Positions 37,724 through 46,566 of a stretch of 64,000 nucleotides of DNA are shown here, piece after piece. Location of the stretch: the NCBI GenBank assembly GCA_965217585.1, contig OZ244561.1, positions 3,104,001-3,168,000 on the forward strand, written 5' to 3'. Made by a program: the position numbers and the translations under genes. Position 1 is the first letter of the stretch, and each line of letters begins with the position of its first letter. This DNA is from Candidatus Latescibacterota bacterium (GTDB lineage: Bacteria > Latescibacterota > UBA2968 > UBA8231). A model generated the notes under the pieces. The model had not been told where the DNA came from. It saw only the letters and a program-made list of their open reading frames with translations, and did not search any database.

Positions 37724-37987
37724 ATGAAAGCATTGGGTATGGTCGAGACCCGCGGTTTGGTCTGCGTCGTCGAAGCCCTCGACGCCATGTTGAAAACCGC
37801 CGACGTGAGCTATGCGGGCCAAAAGCGCGTGGGTAGTGGCCTAATTACCGTGCTAGTCGAAGGCGACGTAGCGGCCGTCAAAGCGGCCGTAGATGCGGGA
37901 GCGCAAGCCGCCCAGCGCATCGGCGAGCTGCGCAGCGTCCACGTGATTCCCCGCCCTACTGAGGGGCTGACAGACCACATTGGTTAG
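37724..37987 (+). CDS. BMC-H hexamer shell protein (EutM/PduA-like)
   Basis: [36 protein letters not shown]. Confidence 0.96.
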   Translation: MKALGMVETRGLVCVVEALDAMLKTADVSYAGQKRVGSGLITVLVEGDVAAVKAAVDAGAQAAQRIGELRSVHVIPRPTEGLTDHIG

Positions 37988-37991
37988 CTAA

Positions 37992-38441
37992 GTGGCCGAG
38001 GCTTTGCACATCGACGCCCCGGTAGTCACCGGCGATTTGCTCGGGCGCGAGCACAAGGGCGAGCGGACGCTCAGCGTGGCTCCCAGCGCCATCTTGACGC
38101 CGACGGCTTGGGATTACATCCGCCAGCACCGGTTGCAGCTAAGTCGCGGCGAGGCCGTTGCGGCAGCCGCCGACGGCGTTGCGGACGCGGGCCGTTGCGA
38201 GCATCCCGACCGCGCCTGCGGCTGCCAGCACGAGGAATTTGGCTCGGGGTACGTCGAGCCGTCGCGCTGCGGCGATTGCGCCGTCCACCAGCGCAAGAAG
38301 GCGGGGGATCCCGAGGCGAGTTGCGAGGGTTGCAACCGCTACAAGACGCTGTTGCAACAAATCGAGCAGGGCCAAGCCACCGATCCAGAAGCCTTAATTG
38401 AGCAGATCACCGAGCTAGTAATTCACCGGCTGGCAGACTAA
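37992..38441 (+). CDS. BMC-associated Cys-rich hypothetical protein with C-terminal encapsulation-peptide-like helix
   Basis: N-terminal ILTPTAWDYIR domain, 7 Cys (CEHPDRACGC, CGDC, CEGC), DPEALIEQITELVIHRL tail. Confidence 0.82.
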   Translation: MAEALHIDAPVVTGDLLGREHKGERTLSVAPSAILTPTAWDYIRQHRLQLSRGEAVAAAADGVADAGRCEHPDRACGCQHEEFGSGYVEPSRCGDCAVHQRKKAGDPEASCEGCNRYKTLLQQIEQGQATDPEALIEQITELVIHRLAD

Positions 38442-38444
38442 GCT

Positions 38445-39029
38445 ATGGCGGGCGACCCAGCAGTTGGCATGATCGAAGTGCAGGGCGTGGCCGCCGCCAT
38501 TGTGGGTGCGGATGCGGCCTGCAAGGCCGCGGATGTGCAGCTCGCGGGTTGGGCGTCAATCGGCGGCTATACCACGGCCTTTTTCACCGGGTCGATCAGC
38601 GATGTGGCCGCCGCGCTGCAAAGCGGCGAAGAAGCGGCCCGCGGCGTGGTAGAACACGTGGTGGCCGTGCCTCTAAACCAACCCGTTCCCGCCTGCTTCC
38701 ATTTCGTCGATTTTCCGGTCCGTGCCCACAGCGACTTTCCCGCCGGTGCCTTGGGGTTGGTCGAGACGCGCGGCTATGGGGCCCATATTCACACGAACGA
38801 TCAGATGGTCAAGACGGCTGCTGTCGAGGTAATCAACGTGCTGACGGTCCACGACCGCGTGGTGTGTTCGCTGGTCTTGGGAGACGTAGGAGCCGTCACC
38901 GAAGCCATCGCCGTCGCGCAAAAGCTGCTCGCGGGGTGCGAGCGCTTGCTAGGCACGGCACTGATTCCGCAGCCGCGACCAGAGGTTTTGGCTGCATACG
39001 CCGTGCCGATGGGAGGTGGCGGTGTCTAG
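38445..39029 (+). CDS. Divergent two-domain BMC shell protein
   Basis: AVGMIEVQG..DAACKAA and ALGLVETRG..DQMVKTA..GDVGAV..IPQPRP. Confidence 0.9.
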   Translation: MAGDPAVGMIEVQGVAAAIVGADAACKAADVQLAGWASIGGYTTAFFTGSISDVAAALQSGEEAARGVVEHVVAVPLNQPVPACFHFVDFPVRAHSDFPAGALGLVETRGYGAHIHTNDQMVKTAAVEVINVLTVHDRVVCSLVLGDVGAVTEAIAVAQKLLAGCERLLGTALIPQPRPEVLAAYAVPMGGGGV

Positions 39030-40170
39030 CGGGGCGATCGGCATGTTGGAGACGCGCGGCATGGCGTCGCTGATGGCTTCCACCGACGCCATGCTCAAGG
39101 CCGCTGAGGTACACCTCTGTGGTCGGCACGGCATTGGCTCGGGTTGGCTCACCGTAGTAATTGCCGGCCAAGTAGCTGACGTGGAGGCGGCCATTCGCGT
39201 CGGCGAGGTCGAGGCGAACCGCACCGGCGAATTGATTGGCGCGCGAGTGGTGCCGAGGCCGGACACGCGCGCCATGGACGCCATGCCCCACGCAACTGGC
39301 CTCGGTGCCGAACAGGTACGGCCGCAGGCGATTGGCCTGTTGGAGACGCAGGGCCTGACGCCGCTAGTGGCTGGCGTCGATGCCATGCTCAAGGCCGCCC
39401 AAGTGGAGCTAGGGGGTTGGGCTTTCATCGGCGGCGCGCTGTGTCACGCGCCGATCTTTGGCGATGTGGCGGCTGTGCAGACGGCGCTAGAAGTCGGCCG
39501 ACAAGCAGCCGAGCGGATTGGCACTGTGTACGCGACCCTCGTTTTGCCCCAGCCCAGCGAGGGGCTAGGCCCTCTGCTGCCGCCCGCGCCACCGGTCACA
39601 CCGCGCTCCACGGGTGCCTTGGGCCTCATAGAGACCATTGGTTACTCCGCGGTCGTGGGCAGCGCCGACGCCATGCTCAAGGCCGCGGATGTCCAAATCG
39701 AGCGCTTGAGCATCGGCAGCGGCGGGCGGATTGCCGCGCTGGCTACCGGCCAGCTCGACGACGTGCAGGCCGCCCTGCGCGCTGGTGCTGAGGCGGCCAC
39801 GGGCTTGGGGCAGCTCGAAGCCTCGGCTGTAGTCTCTCGGCCCGATCCCGCGCTAGTCGCTCGTTTTGCCACTGCGGCCGAGGGCCTTGGGCCGGGTGCG
39901 CGGCAGGCTATGGGGCTGATTGAGACGCGCAGCACCGTGGCCTTGGTGCGGGCCGTCGATCGGATGCTCAAAGCCGCGGCCGTCGAATACGAAGGGGCCT
40001 ATAAGGTGGGGTACTACTTGACGGCCGCCGTCGTCCGCGGCGATGTCGGTGCCGTGCAGGTCGCCATAGAGGCGGGCCGGCAGGAGGCCGTCGCACACGG
40101 AGAACTGGTCTCGGCCTACGCCATTCCGCAGCCCTACAGCGGCCTCGAAGGCCGCCTGCCGCACGTTTAG
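39022..40170 (+). CDS. Four-domain BMC shell protein
   Basis: Four consecutive BMC domains, each with AxGxxET and D(A/R)MLKAA; GGAGG at 39012-39016 supports GTG 39022 (the ORF track starts at 39016). Confidence 0.92.
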   Translation: MSSGAIGMLETRGMASLMASTDAMLKAAEVHLCGRHGIGSGWLTVVIAGQVADVEAAIRVGEVEANRTGELIGARVVPRPDTRAMDAMPHATGLGAEQVRPQAIGLLETQGLTPLVAGVDAMLKAAQVELGGWAFIGGALCHAPIFGDVAAVQTALEVGRQAAERIGTVYATLVLPQPSEGLGPLLPPAPPVTPRSTGALGLIETIGYSAVVGSADAMLKAADVQIERLSIGSGGRIAALATGQLDDVQAALRAGAEAATGLGQLEASAVVSRPDPALVARFATAAEGLGPGARQAMGLIETRSTVALVRAVDRMLKAAAVEYEGAYKVGYYLTAAVVRGDVGAVQVAIEAGRQEAVAHGELVSAYAIPQPYSGLEGRLPHV

Positions 40171-40184
40171 CGAGGACGCGAAAA

Positions 40185-41357
40185 ATGATTCGGATTGACG
40201 ATGCAGTAATTACCGCTCAGACCTTGGAGGGCCGCCTGTCTGGCGAACGGCAGGTCGAGCTCGGCCCGGGGGCCAAGCTGACGCCCTCGGCGCAGGACTT
40301 TTTGCGCGCTCAAGGCGTTGAGGTTGTGCGTCGATCGGACGGGGAGCCAGCACCTGCCGCGCCCGCCGCGCCCCGGGTCCCGGCCGCTAACGTGGGGGGC
40401 CGCAAGGCATTTGCTGGCATCTTCTGCCCCAACGTCGTCCTTTTCGACCGCGAGAACGAGATCAACCACGCCGAGATGGAGCGCTACATCAACTGGCTGG
40501 TCGAGGTTGGGATCCACGGGCTGTATCCCAATGGCAGCACTGGCGAGTTCGCGCGCTTGTCGCGGGAGGAGCGCCAAGACGTGGTGCGGCTGGTCTGCGA
40601 GGTCAACGCGGGGCGCGTACCTGTACTGGCCGGAGCCAGCGAGGCCAACTTGCGCGACGTGCTCAAGATGGCTGAATACTACGCCTCGCTCGGCGTGGAT
40701 GCCATTGCGCTGATGCCCCCCTATTACTATGAGATTTCCACTGAAAGCCTCTTCGAGTACTTCGCTGAAATCGCCGAAGAATCGCCGCTGGACATCTTGC
40801 TATACAATATCCCGCGATTTACCCAAGAGCTGTCGATAGATCTGATGGAGCGACTCTTGCCCTACGAGCGGATCTTCGGCACCAAGGACTCCAGCCGCGA
40901 CCTGCCGCGGCTGCTCAACACCATGAATCGCTTGCGCCAACAGCGCCCCGAATACGTGGTAATGACCGGTTGCGAGGAGATCGTGTTCCCCTCGGTGCTC
41001 ATGGGCGCCAGTGGGGGCACCATCGCCACCTCGGGCATCGTCCCAGAGGTGATTGTCGAGCTTTATGAAAAGGCCAAAAGCGGCGACATTGAGCGGGCCC
41101 GCGAACTGCAATACCGCATCCTCGATCTCATCAACCTCATGCTCTTAGGCGTCAACTTCCCAGAGGGCTTCAAGACCGGCGTGGCGGCTCGTGGCTTTGA
41201 CGTAGGCCCAGCGCGGGCATCTACTACTGCCGCCGAGCAGGAGTACCTGCTCAAGCTAGAGGCCCAAATCAACTGCGTCCTCGCGGATATGGGCTATCCG
41301 GTGAGCGGCCCCCGCGCCTGCCCGACGACCAACCTGCCGCCGATCGTCGGCCGTTAG
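40185..41357 (+). CDS. DHDPS/NAL-family class I aldolase with an N-terminal BMC-associated extension
   Basis: NGSTGEF, GRVPVLAG, PPYY, LYNIP, GTKDSS (Schiff-base Lys); about 70-aa extension with LTPSAQDFLR and a Pro/Ala linker. Confidence 0.92.
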   Translation: MIRIDDAVITAQTLEGRLSGERQVELGPGAKLTPSAQDFLRAQGVEVVRRSDGEPAPAAPAAPRVPAANVGGRKAFAGIFCPNVVLFDRENEINHAEMERYINWLVEVGIHGLYPNGSTGEFARLSREERQDVVRLVCEVNAGRVPVLAGASEANLRDVLKMAEYYASLGVDAIALMPPYYYEISTESLFEYFAEIAEESPLDILLYNIPRFTQELSIDLMERLLPYERIFGTKDSSRDLPRLLNTMNRLRQQRPEYVVMTGCEEIVFPSVLMGASGGTIATSGIVPEVIVELYEKAKSGDIERARELQYRILDLINLMLLGVNFPEGFKTGVAARGFDVGPARASTTAAEQEYLLKLEAQINCVLADMGYPVSGPRACPTTNLPPIVGR

Positions 41358-42434
41358 ATGGCCCTTGCGGGCGCGCGTGTGTTGGTGGTCGGGGCCGGTA
41401 TCATTGGCCGCTCGACGGCCTACTTCCTCGCGCGGCAAGGCGCGAAGATCGTCCTGCTCGACGAGGGAATCCCCGCTGGCTCGCCCACGAGCCGGGCCTC
41501 TTTGGGCGTCCTCACCCACTGCAACGGCGGCGACAATCCCTACGCCCAGCTTTTCCGCGACGGTCACGCTCTGCACGCTCGGCTGGCCCGCGACTTAGAA
41601 GAAGATATAGACGCAGATGTGGGCTGGCGTCCCCTCGGCGGCATCGAGCTTTTTGCCGACGCATCCCAGATAGAGGAGGTCTGGCGCTTCAACCGCGCGC
41701 GCGGCTGTCGGGTCGAACGGCTCGACGAGCGGGCCTTGCGCGGTGCGGAGCCGGCGTTGGACGGCGGTTGCGAGGGTCTGTATTTTGCCGACGATCACCG
41801 GGTGGATCCCCTCAAGTTGGGCGCGGCGCTTTGGGCGGCGGCCGTACAGCGTGGCGCGTCCGCCGCTTGGGGTGAGCGCGTCTGGCGCATTGCCCAAGAG
41901 GGCGAGGCCGTCGAGGTCGCCACCAGTCGCGGAACCCACCGCGCTGACTTTGCGGTCTTGGCGGCTGGAGCGTGGACCGGCGGCTTGGCTGCGCAACTCG
42001 GTGCCCGCGTCGCGTTGCGCCCGGTGCGGGGCCAACAAGCGCGATTTGCCGGTGCCCCGCTGCGCCACCTAGTGAAGGTAAACGGACGCCACCTAATTCC
42101 AGACGGCGGCGAAACGGTCGTGGGATCGACGATGGAAGAGGTCGGCTTTCGGTTGGAAACGACCCGCGCGGCCGCGGCGGAGTTTGCCTCGGAGGTACGC
42201 TCCGCGCTGGGGAGGTGCTTGCCGCTGTCGCGCCAGCAGGCTGGTCTGCGGCCCAAGCCCCGAGGCGGGCGTCCGCTCATCGGCCCGCTGACGGATGCGC
42301 CGAGGGTTTTCGTGGCCTCTGGGCACTACAAAAACGGCGTCTTATTAGGCCCGATTACCGGCCAGATCGTCGCTCACTGGATCGCCGAGGGAACCCCAGG
42401 GCGCGACATGCGCCGCTTCGCACCCGAGCGTTGA
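41358..42434 (+). CDS. FAD-dependent oxidoreductase, DAO/glycine oxidase (ThiO-like) family
   Basis: VVGAGIIG, LAAGAW, PVRGQ, VGST.E, AGLRP, GHYKNGVLLGP; starts at the base after the aldolase stop. Confidence 0.9.
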   Translation: MALAGARVLVVGAGIIGRSTAYFLARQGAKIVLLDEGIPAGSPTSRASLGVLTHCNGGDNPYAQLFRDGHALHARLARDLEEDIDADVGWRPLGGIELFADASQIEEVWRFNRARGCRVERLDERALRGAEPALDGGCEGLYFADDHRVDPLKLGAALWAAAVQRGASAAWGERVWRIAQEGEAVEVATSRGTHRADFAVLAAGAWTGGLAAQLGARVALRPVRGQQARFAGAPLRHLVKVNGRHLIPDGGETVVGSTMEEVGFRLETTRAAAAEFASEVRSALGRCLPLSRQQAGLRPKPRGGRPLIGPLTDAPRVFVASGHYKNGVLLGPITGQIVAHWIAEGTPGRDMRRFAPER

Positions 42435-42467
42435 ATTCATTGCCACCTAACACAGTTGAGGTTAAAC

Positions 42468-43409
42468 ATGCCATTGCAAAAAGAAGACCTACTCGCCGCG
42501 CTAAACTCGGTTACCTCCATCCCGGTGGTCCCTTTTCGCGGCGGGCAAATCGACTACGAGGCCCACGCCAAGAACATCAACTACTTAATGGAGAACAATC
42601 ACTTAGACGGTGATCGGCCCCGGGTGATTGGTATCGCTGGCACTAGCTTGATCCACCACATTAGCGCGGACGAGCGAGTGCGGCTGTTGGGCTTTACCGG
42701 CGAGCAGATGGGGGGGCGCGGGGTGCTGATGTCCGGGATTGCTCCCAATCCAGTTGGGGATGCCGAGCGGTTGATCGAGCGGGAGGCCGCGCTGGAATAT
42801 CCCCCGGATGTCTATCTCGTCATGCCGCTTACTGGCGTGGCCAATCCAGAGGGCATTTTCGCGTACTACGTGGATTTTGCCGAGCGGTTGGGGCGTTCGT
42901 GCGGGGCCAAGTTGCTCTACTACCTGCGCAACCAAGCCGAGCGCGAGATAGCCGTGCGACTGATGAACGAATCCGAGCACTTCGTGGGGCTGAAGATCGG
43001 CACTACGGTCGAGGACGTTGAGCCGATTGTCGCCGACGTACAGGAGGGAGCTGCGCTGGTGATATGGGGTGTGGGGGACCGTTCGACTGGGCCGGCCGAG
43101 CGCGGCACCAAAGGGCATACGTCGGGGATCAACGTGGCCTTCGCCCGCGCTTCAGACGAGATCAACAACGCCCAGCGCCGAGGCGATTTTGCGACCTCGC
43201 AGCAGATCGAAAACCAGCTCGCGGCCCTAGAGGAAATTCGCTTCCGCAACGGCCGCATGTACAACTACTCGGCTGTGGTCGAGGCCATGCACTTGGGGGG
43301 ATTCAGCGATGTGGATGGCGGCGAGGGCGGTCCGTTCAATCCGCGGGTGTCGGCGGAAGTGGCCGAGGAAGTAGCCGCGGCCATAGCCGACATTGTGGAC
43401 TATCACTAG
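42468..43409 (+). CDS. Divergent DHDPS/NAL-family protein (KdgD-like dehydratase or aldolase)
   Basis: IPVVPF..G.ID, LLYY, FVGLKIG (Schiff-base Lys), GHTSGI; GxxGE loop altered to GIAGTS. Confidence 0.75.
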   Translation: MPLQKEDLLAALNSVTSIPVVPFRGGQIDYEAHAKNINYLMENNHLDGDRPRVIGIAGTSLIHHISADERVRLLGFTGEQMGGRGVLMSGIAPNPVGDAERLIEREAALEYPPDVYLVMPLTGVANPEGIFAYYVDFAERLGRSCGAKLLYYLRNQAEREIAVRLMNESEHFVGLKIGTTVEDVEPIVADVQEGAALVIWGVGDRSTGPAERGTKGHTSGINVAFARASDEINNAQRRGDFATSQQIENQLAALEEIRFRNGRMYNYSAVVEAMHLGGFSDVDGGEGGPFNPRVSAEVAEEVAAAIADIVDYH

Positions 43410-43708
43410 CCTTCGTCGCGCAGCCGCTCTAGATAGGCCGTCCATTCGACGGGGAGCAGGTGCTGCTTTTGGCTGTTGCAGTGCTTGCAGCAAGGCACCA
43501 CGTTGGACTTGGTGGTGCGGCCGCCGCGGATGAGCGGCACGACGTGGTCCATGGTTAGCTCATCGGGCGCAAACGACTGCTGGCAGTAGTGGCATTGGCC
43601 GGCGGCCCGTTTGCGCTTCCACCACTGGGAGCGGCGCAGCATCTTGGCCTTGTTCTTTTCTCGGGCAACGTGTTCGGTGTCGGCTGGGACGAAGTATGTG
43701 TTTTCCAT
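43406..43708 (-). CDS. HNH endonuclease family protein
   Basis: CHYC...LTMDHVVPLIRGG....NVVPCCKHCN..K. Confidence 0.9.
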   Translation of the reverse strand: MENTYFVPADTEHVAREKNKAKMLRRSQWWKRKRAAGQCHYCQQSFAPDELTMDHVVPLIRGGRTTKSNVVPCCKHCNSQKQHLLPVEWTAYLERLRDEG

Positions 43709-43878
43709 GCGAAAGCAAGATAGCGCAGAATGGGCGCAGGACAAATGAACCTTAGCGAAGCCGATACCGGGGCTAAGCTCATAGAAGGATATTCGCCGCA
43801 TGACGAAATACCAGCTTTATATTGCCGAAGTGGGAGAACCTGACCAGAAAGGTGAGGATACCTGAGAGAAGTTGATAT

Positions 43879-44820
43879 ATGACAGACAATGCAAACAAGA
43901 AAATACTAGACCGGGATAAAGCAGCAAACCTCGGAGAAATGATCACAGAGCCACTTGATAGCCTACAAGTCTTAGTAAATTACGGCACTAATCTTGTCCT
44001 CCGATGCTACTATTATGGTTCCAATAAGTCCCTCAAAGACGTCGTAGCATTATTTTCGCTGTTCAAAAATGCCCTCTCGATGGCTGACGCTATCGAAGTC
44101 ATGATGAGACAAGGAGTAATTCGTCCCAGCCAACTGCAACTTCGGTCATTGTTCGAAGTGTCTGTCACGCTTCAGTGGGTCCTGCAGGAATCGGGCGATG
44201 AGCGTGCTAGGGCATATCACGTTGCCAATCTCCGAAGACAACGTCTCTCGGCTCGCCGCGACCTTCCTGGCACAGAAGAGAATGAGGCTTTCCAATACTT
44301 TTGGGATACAGTAGGAGATAGAACCCCCTCGCCGGAGAGGGTGAAGGAAGTACGTGCCCAAATCGCCAATTTGGACAAAGAGCTGTCTGGACCTTCCTTA
44401 TGCGATCTCAATGAAAAATTTGAAACTTTTTATCAAAAGAACGAACGTGAGGAGGATTGGTACAAAATACTCGGTGTACGATCATTCTGGAAGATCGCCA
44501 AGGATATCGGTCGTACTGCGGAGTATGCCAAGATTTACACTTCTGGTTCCGAAGTCATGCACGGCTCTACGTACAGCGGTCAATTAGCTTTTGATGACTC
44601 AGAAATAATCATAGATCTGCTGAGATCGCCTAGAGAAATAGGCTACTCGCTGAGGCTAGCTATGGCGCTGACACTCAAGATGACACGGTCAACGCTTGAT
44701 TACTACAGGCCTGCTGAGGTGGAGAATTTGAAACGGAAGTACCGTGAAGATTGGGCTTCTCCTTTGAGGAGGATACCCGACATCAGGGCAGAAGAATTCA
44801 CGGTCATTTTAGATAGATAG
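43879..44820 (+). CDS. DUF5677-like hypothetical protein (helical, conserved RS.FE and Y..S...H)
   Basis: LRSLFE, IYTSGSEVMHG; markedly lower GC than flanking genes. Confidence 0.65.
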   Translation: MTDNANKKILDRDKAANLGEMITEPLDSLQVLVNYGTNLVLRCYYYGSNKSLKDVVALFSLFKNALSMADAIEVMMRQGVIRPSQLQLRSLFEVSVTLQWVLQESGDERARAYHVANLRRQRLSARRDLPGTEENEAFQYFWDTVGDRTPSPERVKEVRAQIANLDKELSGPSLCDLNEKFETFYQKNEREEDWYKILGVRSFWKIAKDIGRTAEYAKIYTSGSEVMHGSTYSGQLAFDDSEIIIDLLRSPREIGYSLRLAMALTLKMTRSTLDYYRPAEVENLKRKYREDWASPLRRIPDIRAEEFTVILDR

Positions 44821-44850
44821 GCTCTCGTCTAGCTATATAGCACCTGTCGG

Positions 44851-45156
44851 TCAGACGGGTTCATAACGCTGGACGCTGATCTCATTTGCGCGGGCGCGCA
44901 TCTGCGAGGCGTCATACCAAGCCTGCATCCTCAACAGCATGTCCATGCCTACGCCAAATGCCTTCTCTATACGTAGTGCCATCTCCGGTGATAGCGCGGC
45001 GTTGCCATTCAGCAAGTCCGAAAGCGTTGCCCGCCGAACTCCCAGAATCTCGGCTGCTCTCGTCACGTTCAGGCCCAACTCCTCGATGACTTCCGTGCGA
45101 ATAAAGTCGCCTGGATGCGAAGGGGTCATGTTCACTTTGATGCCGTCGGTAGCCAT
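44851..45156 (-). CDS. higA: HigA family antitoxin
   Basis: HPGDFIR, AAEILGVRRATLSDLLNG, SPEMALRIEKAFG, MQAWYD; coupled to higB by TAATG. Confidence 0.93.
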   Translation of the reverse strand: MATDGIKVNMTPSHPGDFIRTEVIEELGLNVTRAAEILGVRRATLSDLLNGNAALSPEMALRIEKAFGVGMDMLLRMQAWYDASQMRARANEISVQRYEPV

Positions 45157-45446
45157 TAGTGGTAGTCCTCCAAGTTCAAGCGGTCTATGTAGCCGTCCTC
45201 TTCTGCAAAGGTGATCCGCCAATTGCCGGATACCGAAATGCTCCATTCGTCCTGCCGGTCACCTGAGAGTCTATGGACGCGCCAGCCACGAGGCGCATCG
45301 GCGATGAATCTGTCCAACTCCTCTGCCAAGATCAGGGCTGTCAAGATCTTGCGCACTCGGTCAACCAAATTGTGTTGCAGGAACCGGGGGTTGTCGTCTT
45401 CGATCAACCGGCGCAATCCTCGGTGGTGGACAGAGCGAATAATCAT
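45156..45446 (-). CDS. higB: HigB (RelE/ParE-fold) toxin
   Basis: MIIRSVHHRGL, PRGWRVHRLSGDR, WSISVSGNWRITF, LNLEDYH. Confidence 0.93.
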   Translation of the reverse strand: MIIRSVHHRGLRRLIEDDNPRFLQHNLVDRVRKILTALILAEELDRFIADAPRGWRVHRLSGDRQDEWSISVSGNWRITFAEEDGYIDRLNLEDYH

Positions 45447-45452
45447 GCTCTA

Positions 45453-45481
45453 AGTGTACGGTAATACCGTTCACCCTACAA
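45453..45481 (-). promoter_or_regulatory. higBA promoter with overlapping palindromic operator
   Basis: Minus strand TTGTAG-17-TACACT, 6 nt before the ATG; palindrome GTGtACGGTA-A-TACCGTtCAC at 45454-45474. Confidence 0.7.
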
Positions 45482-45537
45482 GTCTTCCCACGGATTGTCA
45501 GGAGGTCACCGGGCGTTGGCCGGCTTGCGGGATGGAG

Positions 45538-46566
45538 TCAGCAGCGCTTGCTGATGAATTCGCGGCTCATCCACTGCCCGAGCACTTTCTGCGAGCGGAG
45601 CAGCATCTTCTGGTAAGCGCGCTCTAGGTTCTTTTTGTTTTTTGCGTTGGGCAGGACGTTATAGCGGCCGCGGATTTGGGTGATGGCGCGGCTGCGTGGA
45701 TCGACGGCGAGGGTGAGGATGCGGTGGCGGTGACCTTTGCCGTCTTCTACGCCGAGGGACCAGATCGAGGTACTGCCGTTGCGGCAGCTCTTGGCGTAGG
45801 TATAGACGCAGTGGCCCATTTCGCCGCCCTCGGCCCCAGTTCGTGGTTGGAGAGCAACTCCTTGATGCTCCAGGTGAGGGTCTCGCCGAGTTGCTTGTCC
45901 TCCTGCTTCTGCTCGAATTCGCCGATACTCGAAGCTCCCCAAGACATGGGCCGGACGCGGCTCTTTTTGCCACCAGCTCTGTCTGGCTCGGCGTCTGCAT
46001 CGGGCGGCAGCACCTGCCGAGCCAGCGCTTCGTGCCACTCGTCAACTTGGCGCAACAGCTTGGGGATGCTGCGGCTCTTCATTGAAAAGTTCGGCTGCGC
46101 AGGTGGCCTTTGCTCGACGCCACCGCCGGGCAGGACGATTTGCTGCGGCACGTATTTCTGATCGTGGATAAAATCGACGATGGGGCCGACGTGGGCCGGA
46201 TCGAGCATGGGATTGTTAGCAAAAAACAGGATCGCGGTGGACCAAAAATCCTCGTTTTCAAACGACTGGCCCAGCCGGGTGCCAAGCACCGCCCGCGCCA
46301 ACGCCGGACTACCTCCTTGCCCCAAGACTTGACCCCAGCGCAAGGCGTGGGCTATGGAGAGGTCGTCGGGGGCCGCGAGGAAGCAGTGGGCCGACTTCTT
46401 GTTCAAGGCAACGGGGAGGTCGGCGGTGCGGATATTCTGCCCCGAGCCGATGTATTTGAACCACGCTTGGTGCAAACCGGCTTCTGGCATCTGCGAGGTA
46501 AAAAAGGTTGGCGCGGTTGTGGGCTCGCTCTATCTCGCTGCGGACATTTCTTTTGCGGTGCGCCAT
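45538..46566 (-). pseudogene. Frameshifted PcfJ-like domain gene
   Basis: ORF 45747-46490 (…W.IKELLS..EL) continues in another frame as AEG.EMGHCV.TY...QIRGRYN (PcfJ motif); one base missing in a G run near 45835; a likely original N-terminus (MAHRKRN…) is out of frame at 46566. Confidence 0.7.

Noticed and set aside
38445-40170. A single six-domain BMC gene split by a frameshift
   Set aside because: The downstream ORF has its own GGAGG and a well-spaced GTG overlapping the upstream stop, which fits translational coupling; reads would settle it.
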